From IMG/VR virus record IMGVR_UViG_642973540_000001: a stretch of 64,000 nucleotides of DNA; one strand, 5' to 3'. Source of the stretch: a virus (lineage: Duplodnaviria; Heunggongvirae; Uroviricota; Caudoviricetes). The notes below the pieces were generated by a model that had not been told where the DNA came from, made no database searches, and saw only the letters and a list, made by a program, of their open reading frames with translations. Each line of letters opens with the position of its first letter. Position 1 is the stretch's first letter. The position numbers and the translations under genes were made by a program. Positions 46,204 to 55,760 of this stretch are shown piece after piece.

Positions 46204-46220
46204 TCTGACTTAATCTTAAT

Positions 46221-46243
46221 AGCCCCTTAATTGGGGCTTTTTA
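46221..46243 (+). terminator. terminator AGCCCC-ttaatt-GGGGCT-TTTTT
   Basis: perfect 6-bp stem + T5. Confidence 0.65.
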
Positions 46244-46262
46244 GCCTACAAGGAAAATAACA

Positions 46263-47249
46263 ATGGTTAATCTGATTTTACTCAACGGTGCTGCTCGTTC
46301 CGGTAAAGATACCTGTGCAGCCCTCATGAAGAACATCTTCAAAGCAAATGGCCGTGAGGCTCAAATCATCCACTTCTATGACCCACTCAAAGATGCAGTT
46401 GACAATATGTTCGGCTTTGACCAGCGTCACAGAGATGGTGAGCTTAAAGAAACCCCTGTCATGATTCGTATGAATCCTCAACTGATGACTTTAGCAATCT
46501 ATGATACACTCGCCGCTCCAGATTCCCCATACAAAGATATGGATGAGCTTGAGATGAAAGCCCGTTGCTTGGCCTGTGACTTCATGGACTTGATTAAGTC
46601 TGATGAACACGCAAGCGAAGTTGAAAGTAGCTCTGCCCTGATTTCACCTCGCCGTCTGTACCAGTTGTACGGAACCGAAGTCATGCGTCACAGCTTCGAT
46701 AACAACATCTGGATTAACTTTGCTCACAATAAGTACAAGGTTGGTTTAGAAAGCAACAAAGTCACCATCATCAGTGATTTACGCTTTGACAACGAAGCAG
46801 AGTTCGGTAAGAATACACACGGCTTAATCCTGAAGGTGGTTAACCCTGATGTGATGACTTCACAAGTGACTCAGCATGTCTCTGAAGCTGGAATCTCAAA
46901 AGATTATCTGGATGGGACTATCTTCAACCGTCACGCAGATGGGCTTAAAGAGCTTGAGAAGAAACTTGTAGAAGTTCTTGATATGCACGGTGCAATCTCA
47001 CACGTAACACGTGTTGTTGATTTCCGTAAAGTTGACATCAGCTTACTCCCTTTGTCTGTGATTGCGGGTCGTCTGAATATTGCAAGACAGTGCCGTAGCT
47101 CGATTGAAGATGAGATGGAAAAGTCCATCCGTGAAGGTTGTCATGCTGCGTACTATCAGCAGTTGCATGATGATTGGAAAGAAGCTGATAAGATTGTGAA
47201 CGGTCTTCGTGACGAATACCTGAAAAGAACGAAGAGGATTAATGACTAA
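46263..47249 (+). CDS. deoxynucleoside monophosphate kinase (T4 gp1-like) with long C-terminal extension
   Basis: N-terminus LILLNGAARSGKDT matches T4 dNMP kinase P-loop LIFLSGVKRSGKDT. Confidence 0.7.
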   Translation: MVNLILLNGAARSGKDTCAALMKNIFKANGREAQIIHFYDPLKDAVDNMFGFDQRHRDGELKETPVMIRMNPQLMTLAIYDTLAAPDSPYKDMDELEMKARCLACDFMDLIKSDEHASEVESSSALISPRRLYQLYGTEVMRHSFDNNIWINFAHNKYKVGLESNKVTIISDLRFDNEAEFGKNTHGLILKVVNPDVMTSQVTQHVSEAGISKDYLDGTIFNRHADGLKELEKKLVEVLDMHGAISHVTRVVDFRKVDISLLPLSVIAGRLNIARQCRSSIEDEMEKSIREGCHAAYYQQLHDDWKEADKIVNGLRDEYLKRTKRIND

Positions 47250-49155
47250 TAAACGCTTTAAAGAGAAAGAAAAGGGTACATTCATCGGGCATACCGCTTG
47301 CCCGAAGTGTGGCTCTTCTGATGCAGGTTCGGTCTATCGTCACGATGACGGTAGCCATTCAATGACTTGTTTTGCTTGTGAAAAAGGTTTTCCCGAATGG
47401 GATGTGGAGAAAAATCAGATGTCCGAAAGAACTTACGATAAAGTAGAAAACACCAAACGTACCTTTGAAGGTTACGATATGGCAGCAGTCAAGGAAGACT
47501 TGGTAGCAATGGACTTACCAGACCGTGTTCTTCCTGAAGCACTACTTGAATCGTTTGGTGTCAAGGTTGATACAGATGGTAATGGTGAGATTTGCGCACA
47601 CTTCTACCCGACTTATAAGTTGGATAACGCAGGTGTCCCGTATCATGCTGGTTACCGTGTCCGTCACCGTTTCCCTGATGACTACAAGAAACCTGAGCTT
47701 CGTGGTAAGCTGAAGGACTTCTCCGGTGGTGTGGGTGATATTAGCGGTGAGCTTCAACTGTTCGGTTCACAGCGTCATCCAAAAGGCGGTAAGCGTCTGT
47801 TCATTTGGGAAGGTGAGATTGAAAGCATGACTGCTGATTTACTGACCAGCATGATTGTTGAGAAGAATCGCCGTAAGCACTATGCACACACCTCATTACC
47901 TTCTGGTGCAAACATCAAGGGTATTAAGGACAACTATCAGTACATCACATCGTTTGAAGAGATTTATATCTGTGCAGACAATGATGAAGCTGGTGCTAAG
48001 TTCATGCGTGAGGCTGCTCGTATTCTTCCGATTGAAAAGGTTCGTATCTTCCAATATCCAGAGAATGTCAAAGACCTCAGCGATTGGTGGAAAGGTAGCC
48101 AGAAGAAGCGTAAAGCTATGCTGGAAGAGTTTAAACATCGCCTTTACAATGCTGAACGTTACTGCCCTGCTGGTATCAAAAACTTTGCAGACGGCTTTGA
48201 CGCGATGAAGAATCGTGGTAAGGTTCCGCTTATCCCATTCCCTGAATCATTCGGTGACTTGAACGCACTGACTTTCGGTGGTTACGGTAAAGGTGAGATT
48301 ACAACGATTGCTGCTCCGTCATCTGTTGGTAAGTCTGCATTTACACGTGAAATGATTTATACAGCATTCACGCAGACCGATGAAAAGATTGGTGTCATTC
48401 CTTGTGAAGATACCTATGAAGAACTCATGGAAATGCTTTGCTCCGTTCACCTTAGCAAGCAGATTTCTGAGATTCCATACGATGAGCGTAATTGGGACGA
48501 AATCAAGGAAGCACACAAACAGCTTTCAGAAGGTCGTCGTATTAACATCGTTGACCATCAGGGTGCAATCGACCAAGATAACCTTCTTGAGTTTATTGAT
48601 TATCTGGTTGGTGCAATGGGCTGTGGCGTAATCATCCTTGACCCTGTTACACTGGCACTGTCAAAAGCAGAGACAGATGAAGAGGAAGTTCTCTCTGAGA
48701 TTCTTCGTCGTTGTAAGCGTCTTGGCTATGCTCATGTTAACGTCTGTCACGTTCGTAAGAACAGTGGTGGTCAAAAGGCTAACTCAGAAGGTGGTGACGT
48801 TGCAGAAGAGGATATTAAGGGTTCTGGTGCTTACTTCCAGATTTCTATGAATAACCTCATCCTGACTCGTAACAAGGTTGACTCTGACCGTGTTCGTAAG
48901 AACATCACTAAGATTAAGTTGACCAAATGTCGTCGTCATGGTAAAAGTACAGGCATTGCAGGTTACGCTTATTACGATGGTGAAACTGGTCGTCTTGTTC
49001 GTGCAGCAGGTGCTGGAGAAGAGCTTGACACGGCGATGGAAAACATTAAAATGCAATACGGTATCGAGGATGAAGAGGACGTATCAAGTTCTGACGCATC
49101 TCAGTTAGGTTTCGATGCACCTGACGATGATGACATTCCTTTCCGTACTGAGTAA
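47242..49155 (+). CDS. bifunctional DNA primase/helicase (T7 gp4-like)
   Basis: zinc ribbon CPKCGS..CFAC, TOPRIM ICADNDEAG, DnaB-like Walker A SSVGKSAF, acidic C-tail ending DDDIPFRTE. Confidence 0.85.
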   Translation: MTNKRFKEKEKGTFIGHTACPKCGSSDAGSVYRHDDGSHSMTCFACEKGFPEWDVEKNQMSERTYDKVENTKRTFEGYDMAAVKEDLVAMDLPDRVLPEALLESFGVKVDTDGNGEICAHFYPTYKLDNAGVPYHAGYRVRHRFPDDYKKPELRGKLKDFSGGVGDISGELQLFGSQRHPKGGKRLFIWEGEIESMTADLLTSMIVEKNRRKHYAHTSLPSGANIKGIKDNYQYITSFEEIYICADNDEAGAKFMREAARILPIEKVRIFQYPENVKDLSDWWKGSQKKRKAMLEEFKHRLYNAERYCPAGIKNFADGFDAMKNRGKVPLIPFPESFGDLNALTFGGYGKGEITTIAAPSSVGKSAFTREMIYTAFTQTDEKIGVIPCEDTYEELMEMLCSVHLSKQISEIPYDERNWDEIKEAHKQLSEGRRINIVDHQGAIDQDNLLEFIDYLVGAMGCGVIILDPVTLALSKAETDEEEVLSEILRRCKRLGYAHVNVCHVRKNSGGQKANSEGGDVAEEDIKGSGAYFQISMNNLILTRNKVDSDRVRKNITKIKLTKCRRHGKSTGIAGYAYYDGETGRLVRAAGAGEELDTAMENIKMQYGIEDEEDVSSSDASQLGFDAPDDDDIPFRTE

Positions 49156-49173
49156 AATGTTTTAAAAAAGTTG

Positions 49174-49202
49174 TTGCAATGGGTGGGTAGGCTTGATAAG
49201 AT
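49174..49202 (+). promoter_or_regulatory. sigma70-like promoter TTGCAA-N17-TAAGAT
   Basis: near-consensus hexamers upstream of 49258 gene. Confidence 0.45.
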
Positions 49203-49257
49203 ACTCACCTCTTTTAAGAAGTACAAAATTGAATAACCCATAGAAGGAAACTGACAA

Positions 49258-50121
49258 ATGTCTAAAGCTGAATCTCAACTGGTAGTTCTGAAACCTCTGT
49301 CTGTTAAAGGCAAAGAAGTTCCACGTTATGCACTGAAAGACGTGTGGTTCTACTTCCTGAACACCATGCCTCAACTGAACAAGGGTAAACGCGAAGACGC
49401 CAGTTTCCCAATGAAGAACCGTACCTTCAGCGTTTCTGTTCTGGCTGACCGTAAGACTGCGGTTGCGTTCAAGAAGAAGTTCACCGATTGCAAAATCGAA
49501 ACTGTTGACGCAGAAGAGTTCGAAGAGAAGTTCAAGTGTGAGCCACCATTTGAAGCTGAAACTTACAGCATCATCAAACTGGCGCGTCACGCATCTTATC
49601 CAGATGGTTCATTCTTCCTCGGTGCTCACGGTCTTGATGTGTTCGTACTGGAAGGTCGTAAGCCTGTTGGCGTAGCGATGAAGAAAATCAAAGCTAAACC
49701 ACACGCTGACCACGAAGAACGCAAAGATTATGACGGTATCGTTCCTAATCTGGCTATCGGTAACGGCTCGTTCGGTACTATCATCTGTGAAGAGTATACC
49801 TATACCTTCGAAGGTGCTCAGAAAACCAAACCGATTCACCAGCAGGTTTACATCTCTGACTTGGTGGCATACGAAGGCGGTTCTTCTGTTGACCGTGGCC
49901 TTGAAGCTGATGAACTGTCAGAACTCGGATTCGATGAGCCTGTACAGAGTGGTGAAATCATCGAAGAAGAAGCGAAAGGTGCTTCTACTGATAAGTCTTC
50001 AAACAAATCAGCAAATGATGCTGGTAATGATGATGACGGCGACGATGACAACGACATCCCACAGTACGGTGATGACGATGACGGCGACGACGATGACGAT
50101 GTACCGTTCAAAACCGAATAA
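49258..50121 (+). CDS. putative ssDNA-binding protein with acidic C-terminal tail (DDDDDVPFKTE)
   Basis: position between helicase and FEN; poly-Asp tail ending VPF like SSB/gp2.5 tails. Confidence 0.5.
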   Translation: MSKAESQLVVLKPLSVKGKEVPRYALKDVWFYFLNTMPQLNKGKREDASFPMKNRTFSVSVLADRKTAVAFKKKFTDCKIETVDAEEFEEKFKCEPPFEAETYSIIKLARHASYPDGSFFLGAHGLDVFVLEGRKPVGVAMKKIKAKPHADHEERKDYDGIVPNLAIGNGSFGTIICEEYTYTFEGAQKTKPIHQQVYISDLVAYEGGSSVDRGLEADELSELGFDEPVQSGEIIEEEAKGASTDKSSNKSANDAGNDDDGDDDNDIPQYGDDDDGDDDDDVPFKTE

Positions 50122-50140
50122 TAACGGTTAACTAATCAAG

Positions 50141-50169
50141 GGGTATGGGGTTTTCCCTGTACCCTTTTT
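50141..50169 (+). terminator. terminator hairpin GGGTATGGGG-tttt-CCCTGTACCC-TTTTT
   Basis: 10-bp stem with wobble pairs + T5. Confidence 0.6.
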
Positions 50170-50189
50170 CATTTCAAGAGGAATCTAAA

Positions 50190-51263
50190 ATGGCTTTAAC
50201 CGATGCTGAGAAGCATAATAAATTCACCCTTTCAAAAATTCCTGCTACTGTAAAGCTGGCCTACTTTGACTCTGACCCAATCGCCTATCGTGGTGCATTT
50301 GCTGTAGAGAAGACTAAGTATCGCTTTACCAACTCAGAGACCTTTGAAGAGTCTCCCCCATTCCTGAGTGCCAAAGATGCTAAGTCTTGGCTTGATGGTC
50401 AGCAAGACATCGCAGAGTCAATCGGTATCGAGTTCCGCAAACAAGATTGGGTTCGCTATGACTGGAAAGAACCTCTCTCAGTCGAAGAGGCAATCAAGGC
50501 TACACAGGACGTTCTTCAGGCTTATATCAAGGCTTCTGGTGTCCATGAAGATGACTGGATGGGCTTCTTGACCCAACGTGGTGTTGAGAAAACGAAAGAC
50601 TTGCCGGGACTTGAACACCAATATCAAGGTAACCGCTCAGGGTTTACACCAACCCATCTTGACGCAACTCGTCAGCATCTTATTGACAAGTCACAGATGC
50701 ACTTACTGTCTGATGGATTTGAGGCTGATGCCGCTGTAATCGCAATGGGTGAACGTAAAGGTAAACGTGCAGTTATCCTGTCACTTGATAAAGATTTACG
50801 TCAGTTGATGGGTGGTTACATGCTTGACATGTCCTATGACAAAGCCCCTCTCATCTTCAACACAGTTGATAACCCTCTTGGTGATGTCTGGCGATGTCCT
50901 ATCAAGTCAAAGCCTAAGCAGCCCCCTAAGTATGTTGGTTGTGGCTTCAAATGGCTTTGCTATCAGGCATTAGCTGGTGACCCTTCAGATGGTTACTACG
51001 GTATCTCTGGAGTTGGTGGTGCAGCGATTATCAAACTTCTTGATGAGTGTGAAACAATTCACCAGTGCTTAGACGCAATCTATGCCCTCTACAAGAAGAA
51101 GTTCCCTGAAGGGTACACTTACACCTCTTGGGACGGTACAGAGCAGCACAGGACTCCTGAAGAGCTTATGACGCAGCATTTCATGTTACCTTATCAGGAA
51201 CGCAGCATGGATGATGTATTCTCCTTTGAAAAATATGGTTGGAGTTTTAATATGAATGGATAA
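50190..51263 (+). CDS. flap endonuclease / 5'-3' exonuclease (T5 D15 / T4 RNase H family)
   Basis: GFEADAAVIA and ILSLDKDLRQL motifs, H3TH GISGVGGAAI; ATG 50190 with AAGAGGAA SD (track start 50145 lies inside terminator). Confidence 0.8.
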   Translation: MALTDAEKHNKFTLSKIPATVKLAYFDSDPIAYRGAFAVEKTKYRFTNSETFEESPPFLSAKDAKSWLDGQQDIAESIGIEFRKQDWVRYDWKEPLSVEEAIKATQDVLQAYIKASGVHEDDWMGFLTQRGVEKTKDLPGLEHQYQGNRSGFTPTHLDATRQHLIDKSQMHLLSDGFEADAAVIAMGERKGKRAVILSLDKDLRQLMGGYMLDMSYDKAPLIFNTVDNPLGDVWRCPIKSKPKQPPKYVGCGFKWLCYQALAGDPSDGYYGISGVGGAAIIKLLDECETIHQCLDAIYALYKKKFPEGYTYTSWDGTEQHRTPEELMTQHFMLPYQERSMDDVFSFEKYGWSFNMNG

Positions 51264-51771
51264 GCTACCCCGTTACGGTCATTGGGTGTCTCTCTGCGGA
51301 GAGATTAACCCTGAGAAACTTTTCGGTTTCGTCTATGTCGTCTACAACAAGGCGCATAACAGATTTTACATCGGAAAGAAACAATTCTTTTCAGTTACTA
51401 AGAAAAAAATTGTTGGAAAAGTCAGAAGAAAGACTTGCATCAAGGATTCAGATTGGCTAAGATACTTAACATCTTCTGAGTACGTTAAGAAGGATATTGA
51501 AGAGCTTGGAAAAGATAACTTCGAGTTCTTTATCATCGAAACGTATGAAACGAAGTCAGGGTTAGTATACGCTGAAGCGAACCTTCAACATAAGTTTGAT
51601 GTGATGCAAAAAGCTGTTGACTCTGATGTTCGAAAGTTTTACAATGCAAATGTTGCTGCTATCAAGTTCCTCGTAAAAGAGATTAAACCTGTAGCAGCTA
51701 AAAGAATCAAACAACTCATTGAATATAAAGAGGCTCAACATGTTCGCAATTCTGAAAAAACTGTTCTCTGA
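51256..51771 (+). CDS. GIY-YIG homing endonuclease
   Basis: FVYVVYNKAHNRFYIGKK GIY-YIG core; basic C-terminal DNA-binding region. Confidence 0.7.
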   Translation: MDKLPRYGHWVSLCGEINPEKLFGFVYVVYNKAHNRFYIGKKQFFSVTKKKIVGKVRRKTCIKDSDWLRYLTSSEYVKKDIEELGKDNFEFFIIETYETKSGLVYAEANLQHKFDVMQKAVDSDVRKFYNANVAAIKFLVKEIKPVAAKRIKQLIEYKEAQHVRNSEKTVL

Positions 51772-52006
51772 CGTAAAGAAAGTGGAACAGCCAATCCATA
51801 CCCGTATCGACAATGCAGTATCAAAGCTGATTGACACCGTAGGTGAGGAACTGTCCCACGCCAAGCAGGAACTGTCTCAGGTTGACGATGCAATTGCCGC
51901 TCTCATGTCCCGCCGTGCAACTCTGGCATTCAACCTTGAAGCCGCTAAAGAGAAACACGCAGCCCTGCATCTGGTTACTGGCAAACAGTACGAAGATGTA
52001 GAATAA
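51740..52006 (+). CDS. small coiled-coil protein (88 aa)
   Basis: ATG 51740 with GAGG SD; track ORF from 51719. Confidence 0.45.
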   Translation: MFAILKKLFSDVKKVEQPIHTRIDNAVSKLIDTVGEELSHAKQELSQVDDAIAALMSRRATLAFNLEAAKEKHAALHLVTGKQYEDVE

Positions 52007-52018
52007 TAATTAAAAGTT

Positions 52019-52045
52019 TGGGGAGTAACCCTCCCCTTCTTTCTT
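52019..52045 (+). terminator. terminator GGGGAG-taac-CCTCCCC-TTCTTTCTTT
   Basis: GC stem + T-rich tail. Confidence 0.55.
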
Positions 52046-52066
52046 TGAAGAAATGTTGAGGTGTTA

Positions 52067-52813
52067 ATGTATGTAACTACTAAAAATCCTGTCCATCTTT
52101 GGAACATCCGTGCTGGTCTGAATGCTGCAAAGCGTTACTCACCTGAATACTGGAAAGCATTAGAGAATCAGGCTGAACGAATGATGGAAGAGTTGAAAGA
52201 GACTATCCAAGCTATTCGTGAGCGTGATGCGTTGGGTCTGATTGACGGTCAGGTTGACATGGACTTCGTTCTGCAAGGTTTCACTTACCTTTCGCAGTTT
52301 GACCATGAAGCAGCACTGAACCGTGTATGTGACAATAACGATTTGAAAATCACGACTGATGCTGGTACAGCACTTCGTTGGTTGGATGAGCATTCTGAAA
52401 AAGACCCTCAGACTGCATACGAAATTGTCTCAACAGAAGTTAATGGTGTTACTCATTACAGCGTTCACCGCTTGAGTGACAACAAGGTGATTAAGCCTCT
52501 TAACCATCCTACAGTAACACTGTACGACTTGGTAGCAGGTAACACCGAAATCTTTGTAGCGTCTAAAGAGTCATGCACTCAGTGCAAGTCTATCATCAAG
52601 ACACTGGAAGACCTCGGTTATGTATTCACCGTTCTTGACCTTGACAACTCAGAAGCAGATAAAGAGTTTGCTGATGAAGTTGGTATTGACATCGGCTGTG
52701 TAGCGTTCTTTAACGGCGAGTCTGTCTCAAAGATTTCAGTTGGTTCAGGTCATGATAAAGAGTTTGTAAGTAACTGGTTGAAAGGGGTAGGTGCTAATGG
52801 AAAAGCTGATTGA
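52067..52813 (+). CDS. putative MazG-like NTP pyrophosphohydrolase fused to glutaredoxin-like C-terminal domain (CTQC)
   Basis: N-terminal EE-rich helices; C-terminus IFVASKESCTQCKSIIKTLEDLGY thioredoxin-fold motif. Confidence 0.4.
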   Translation: MYVTTKNPVHLWNIRAGLNAAKRYSPEYWKALENQAERMMEELKETIQAIRERDALGLIDGQVDMDFVLQGFTYLSQFDHEAALNRVCDNNDLKITTDAGTALRWLDEHSEKDPQTAYEIVSTEVNGVTHYSVHRLSDNKVIKPLNHPTVTLYDLVAGNTEIFVASKESCTQCKSIIKTLEDLGYVFTVLDLDNSEADKEFADEVGIDIGCVAFFNGESVSKISVGSGHDKEFVSNWLKGVGANGKAD

Positions 52814-53132
52814 TGGATTGAAAAATCCTAACCACTGCACCTACAGTGTGTCACTCTCTGTGCTGATGCGTGACCCTCTGGTAAAAGATGTACCAGACCT
52901 TCTGGCAAGTTACCAAACTGATTTGCTGAAAGCTGTTCTGTACAAGTACGGATTCAACCTTGACAAGGGCATTGTCTTTGAAGAGTGTGAACACCGTAAC
53001 TGTTTCGGTGAGCGCGTAACCTGTGCTCTGTTTAAAGGTCAAGAAAGGGTAGATACACGATGGGTAACACTGAAAAGACACTGGTTGACTCGGAAGTCGT
53101 CGTTGGCACTGATAAATTCGGTCGAGAGTTAA
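52791..53132 (+). CDS. hypothetical protein
   Basis: ORF track. Confidence 0.45.
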   Translation: MLMEKLIDGLKNPNHCTYSVSLSVLMRDPLVKDVPDLLASYQTDLLKAVLYKYGFNLDKGIVFEECEHRNCFGERVTCALFKGQERVDTRWVTLKRHWLTRKSSLALINSVES

Positions 53133-53335
53133 AGGTTGGAGATTTAGTCTTCTACCCTCGCGTCATCGAATCGAAAGGTGCTCGTTCAGAAATGGGCTTC
53201 AGCACTGTAAAAGGTAAGAATCGTGGTTATATTCAATTGACTTCATCTTACCGTGGAATCAGCCCTTCATCGCTGGTTAAGGTCACGGAGAGCTTCCGTC
53301 GAGCCTACGAAGATGGTACAATCTTCACCTACTAA
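53060..53335 (+). CDS. hypothetical protein
   Basis: ORF track. Confidence 0.45.
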   Translation: MGNTEKTLVDSEVVVGTDKFGRELKVGDLVFYPRVIESKGARSEMGFSTVKGKNRGYIQLTSSYRGISPSSLVKVTESFRRAYEDGTIFTY

Positions 53336-53341
53336 TCTCAA

Positions 53342-53364
53342 GGGACTCTTCGGAGTCCTTTTTA
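53342..53364 (+). terminator. terminator GGGACTC-TTCG-GAGTCC-TTTTT (family copy 4)
   Basis: exact repeat. Confidence 0.8.
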
Positions 53365-53379
53365 ATCTGGAATGAAATA

Positions 53380-53472
53380 ATGAATAAAACAATCCTCGCT
53401 GTAATGGTTCCCCTCCTGATTCAATATCAGATTCTTAGCAACAAATTCAAAGCACAACTTGAGGCAAAATAA
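53380..53472 (+). CDS. 30-aa hydrophobic leader-type mini-ORF overlapping nrdA start (TAATG)
   Basis: ATG 53380 ... TAA 53470-72; no clear SD. Confidence 0.25.
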   Translation: MNKTILAVMVPLLIQYQILSNKFKAQLEAK

Positions 53473-55706
53473 TGATTCGTAATGTAAAGAAATCCGATGG
53501 TACTGTACAACCTTTTGACCCGTCACGTCTGAACCGTTGGGCTGAGTGGGCTGCTAACTATGGTGTTGATTGGTCTGAAATTGCTGTAGATGCTGTTAAG
53601 CGTTGTCATGACGGCTGTACAACCTCTGACCTTCAGTGGGCTATGATTGAAGCGTGTATCGACCGTCAGACTCAGGCTCATGCGAACATGGCTGGTCGTC
53701 TTCTGATTGGTAACGTCTACAAAGAAGCCTTTGGTGGTTTCCGTAAGATTCCAACTCTCACAGACTTCTACGACAAAATGCGTACTCTGAACCTGTGGGA
53801 AGACATGGGCTACTCAGATTCTGAGTTGGACTATCTCGGACTTCAAATCAACCACTACAAAGACCTGAATTACGGTTATGCAGTTGTTAAACAGTTCCGT
53901 GACAAATACGCTATCAAGGATGCCTTGACCAAACGTGTTTATGAATCACCACAGTTTATGTTCATGGGTATGGCTCTGGCAGTGATGCAGAATCAGCCAA
54001 AGGACAGACGTATTCAGGATGTTATCAAGCTGTATGAATATCTGTCTGACCTGAAGATTAACGCACCGACTCCTTACCTGAACGGCCTCCGTTCTAAGAA
54101 GAGTGGCTATGCCTCATGCTGTGTGATTAAGGGTGACGACACCGCAGAGTCAATCGGTATTGCTGAACACATTGCCTACACCATGACTTGTAAGCAAGCT
54201 GGTATCGGTATTCTGTTGCAGACTCGCTCTAAAGGTGATGGTGTCCGTAACAAGACGATTGTTCATCAGGGTAAGACTCCTTACTTTGCTTGCATTAACA
54301 CGGCTGTCAAGGCTAACAAGCAACAGACACGTGGTGGTTCTGCAACAGTTGGCTACACCATTCTTGACCCTGAGATTGATGACCTGCTGCGACTCAACAA
54401 CCCTGTGACACCTCCACAGAAACAGTTGAAGTTCATGGACTATCAGGTTGGTATCAATGAGTCATTCCTTCGTCGCGTTGATAAAGATGATGAATGGATG
54501 CTGGTATCATTCAAAGATGCACCTGAACTGCACAAGCGTATGTACGGCTCTTATGAGTTGTTCGAGGTTGAGTATGACCGTGTGATGCGCAATCCAGACA
54601 TCAAGAAGAAGATGGTCAGTGCTCGTAAGCTGAGTAAAGTCTTCCTGAAAAACCGTTATGAAACTGGTCGTGTCTATCCGTTCTTCACCGATAACATGAA
54701 CACTCATACACCGTTTGAAGATACTATCTGGAACTCAAACCTGTGCATGGAAATCTGTCTGCCTACAAAGGCGTTTAAGAGCATGGCAGAACTTTATAAC
54801 CCATCGGTCAAGGCTGAAGGTGAAATCGCTCTGTGCTTCCTCTCAAGCATCGTAGCGGGGCGTGTCAAACCGGAAGAGTATGAAGAAGTTGCTTACTACA
54901 CACTTCTGATGATTGACAACGTAATGGACATCATGGAATATCCTTATGAAGCACTGAAGAAGTCGGCTCAGTATCGTCGTTCAGTCGGTGTCGGTATCAC
55001 CAACCTTGCTCACTATCTGGCAAGTAACTTTACCAACTACTCTTCTCCGAAGGGTAAGCGTATGATGCACAACTTAGCAGAGCTTCACAGCTATTCGCTT
55101 CACCGTGCAAGTCTGCGTCTGGCTAAAGAACGTGGTGTTTGTGAAGGTATGGAAGTGTCGAAGTATCGCAATGGCTGGACTCCACTTGAAGATTACTCTC
55201 AAGAGGTTGACAACATTGTTGACTCAACTCTTCAGTTTGATTGGCTCCAGCTTCACAAGGACATCAAAGCTAACGGTGGTATTCGTCACAGTGTGCTTGA
55301 AGCGTTCATGCCTAATGAGAGTTCTTCTCTGGCAACGAACACGACGAACGGTCTGTACCCTGTACGTGAACTGAAGATGTTCAAGAAGTCTCCACAAGGC
55401 TCTGTCTTCTTCCTTGCACCAGACTCTGAAGTGATTGGTGATGTCTATCAGTCAGCTTGGGATGTACCAGAGAAGGATATGATTGAGTGTTACGCAATCT
55501 TCCAGAAGTTCACTGGTCAGGCAATCTCTGCTGATTTCTATATGGACTATCACAAAACTGGTAATAAGGTTTCTGCCAAGACTGCACTGAAGAGCTTGAT
55601 TTACGCTCACAGGCTTGGTATGAAGACCCAATACTACATGAACAGTCGTGTTGGTGTTGGTGAATCTTCACTGAAAGAAATGGCTTGCGAAGGCTGTTCA
55701 CTTTAA
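53472..55706 (+). CDS. nrdA: ribonucleotide reductase class Ia alpha subunit
   Basis: N-terminal ATP-cone, 744 aa, RNR catalytic core. Confidence 0.92.
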   Translation: MIRNVKKSDGTVQPFDPSRLNRWAEWAANYGVDWSEIAVDAVKRCHDGCTTSDLQWAMIEACIDRQTQAHANMAGRLLIGNVYKEAFGGFRKIPTLTDFYDKMRTLNLWEDMGYSDSELDYLGLQINHYKDLNYGYAVVKQFRDKYAIKDALTKRVYESPQFMFMGMALAVMQNQPKDRRIQDVIKLYEYLSDLKINAPTPYLNGLRSKKSGYASCCVIKGDDTAESIGIAEHIAYTMTCKQAGIGILLQTRSKGDGVRNKTIVHQGKTPYFACINTAVKANKQQTRGGSATVGYTILDPEIDDLLRLNNPVTPPQKQLKFMDYQVGINESFLRRVDKDDEWMLVSFKDAPELHKRMYGSYELFEVEYDRVMRNPDIKKKMVSARKLSKVFLKNRYETGRVYPFFTDNMNTHTPFEDTIWNSNLCMEICLPTKAFKSMAELYNPSVKAEGEIALCFLSSIVAGRVKPEEYEEVAYYTLLMIDNVMDIMEYPYEALKKSAQYRRSVGVGITNLAHYLASNFTNYSSPKGKRMMHNLAELHSYSLHRASLRLAKERGVCEGMEVSKYRNGWTPLEDYSQEVDNIVDSTLQFDWLQLHKDIKANGGIRHSVLEAFMPNESSSLATNTTNGLYPVRELKMFKKSPQGSVFFLAPDSEVIGDVYQSAWDVPEKDMIECYAIFQKFTGQAISADFYMDYHKTGNKVSAKTALKSLIYAHRLGMKTQYYMNSRVGVGESSLKEMACEGCSL

Positions 55707-55760
55707 GTATACTTCAAGGGTCGGTTAAGTCCGACCCAACTTTTTTAAGAGGAAACTAAG

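Noticed and set aside
33129-55706. Group I/II introns or inteins in td, nrdA, nrdB and DNA polymerase (common in T4-like phages)
   Set aside because: All four genes are single uninterrupted ORFs of normal length with contiguous conserved motifs. The homing endonucleases are free-standing.
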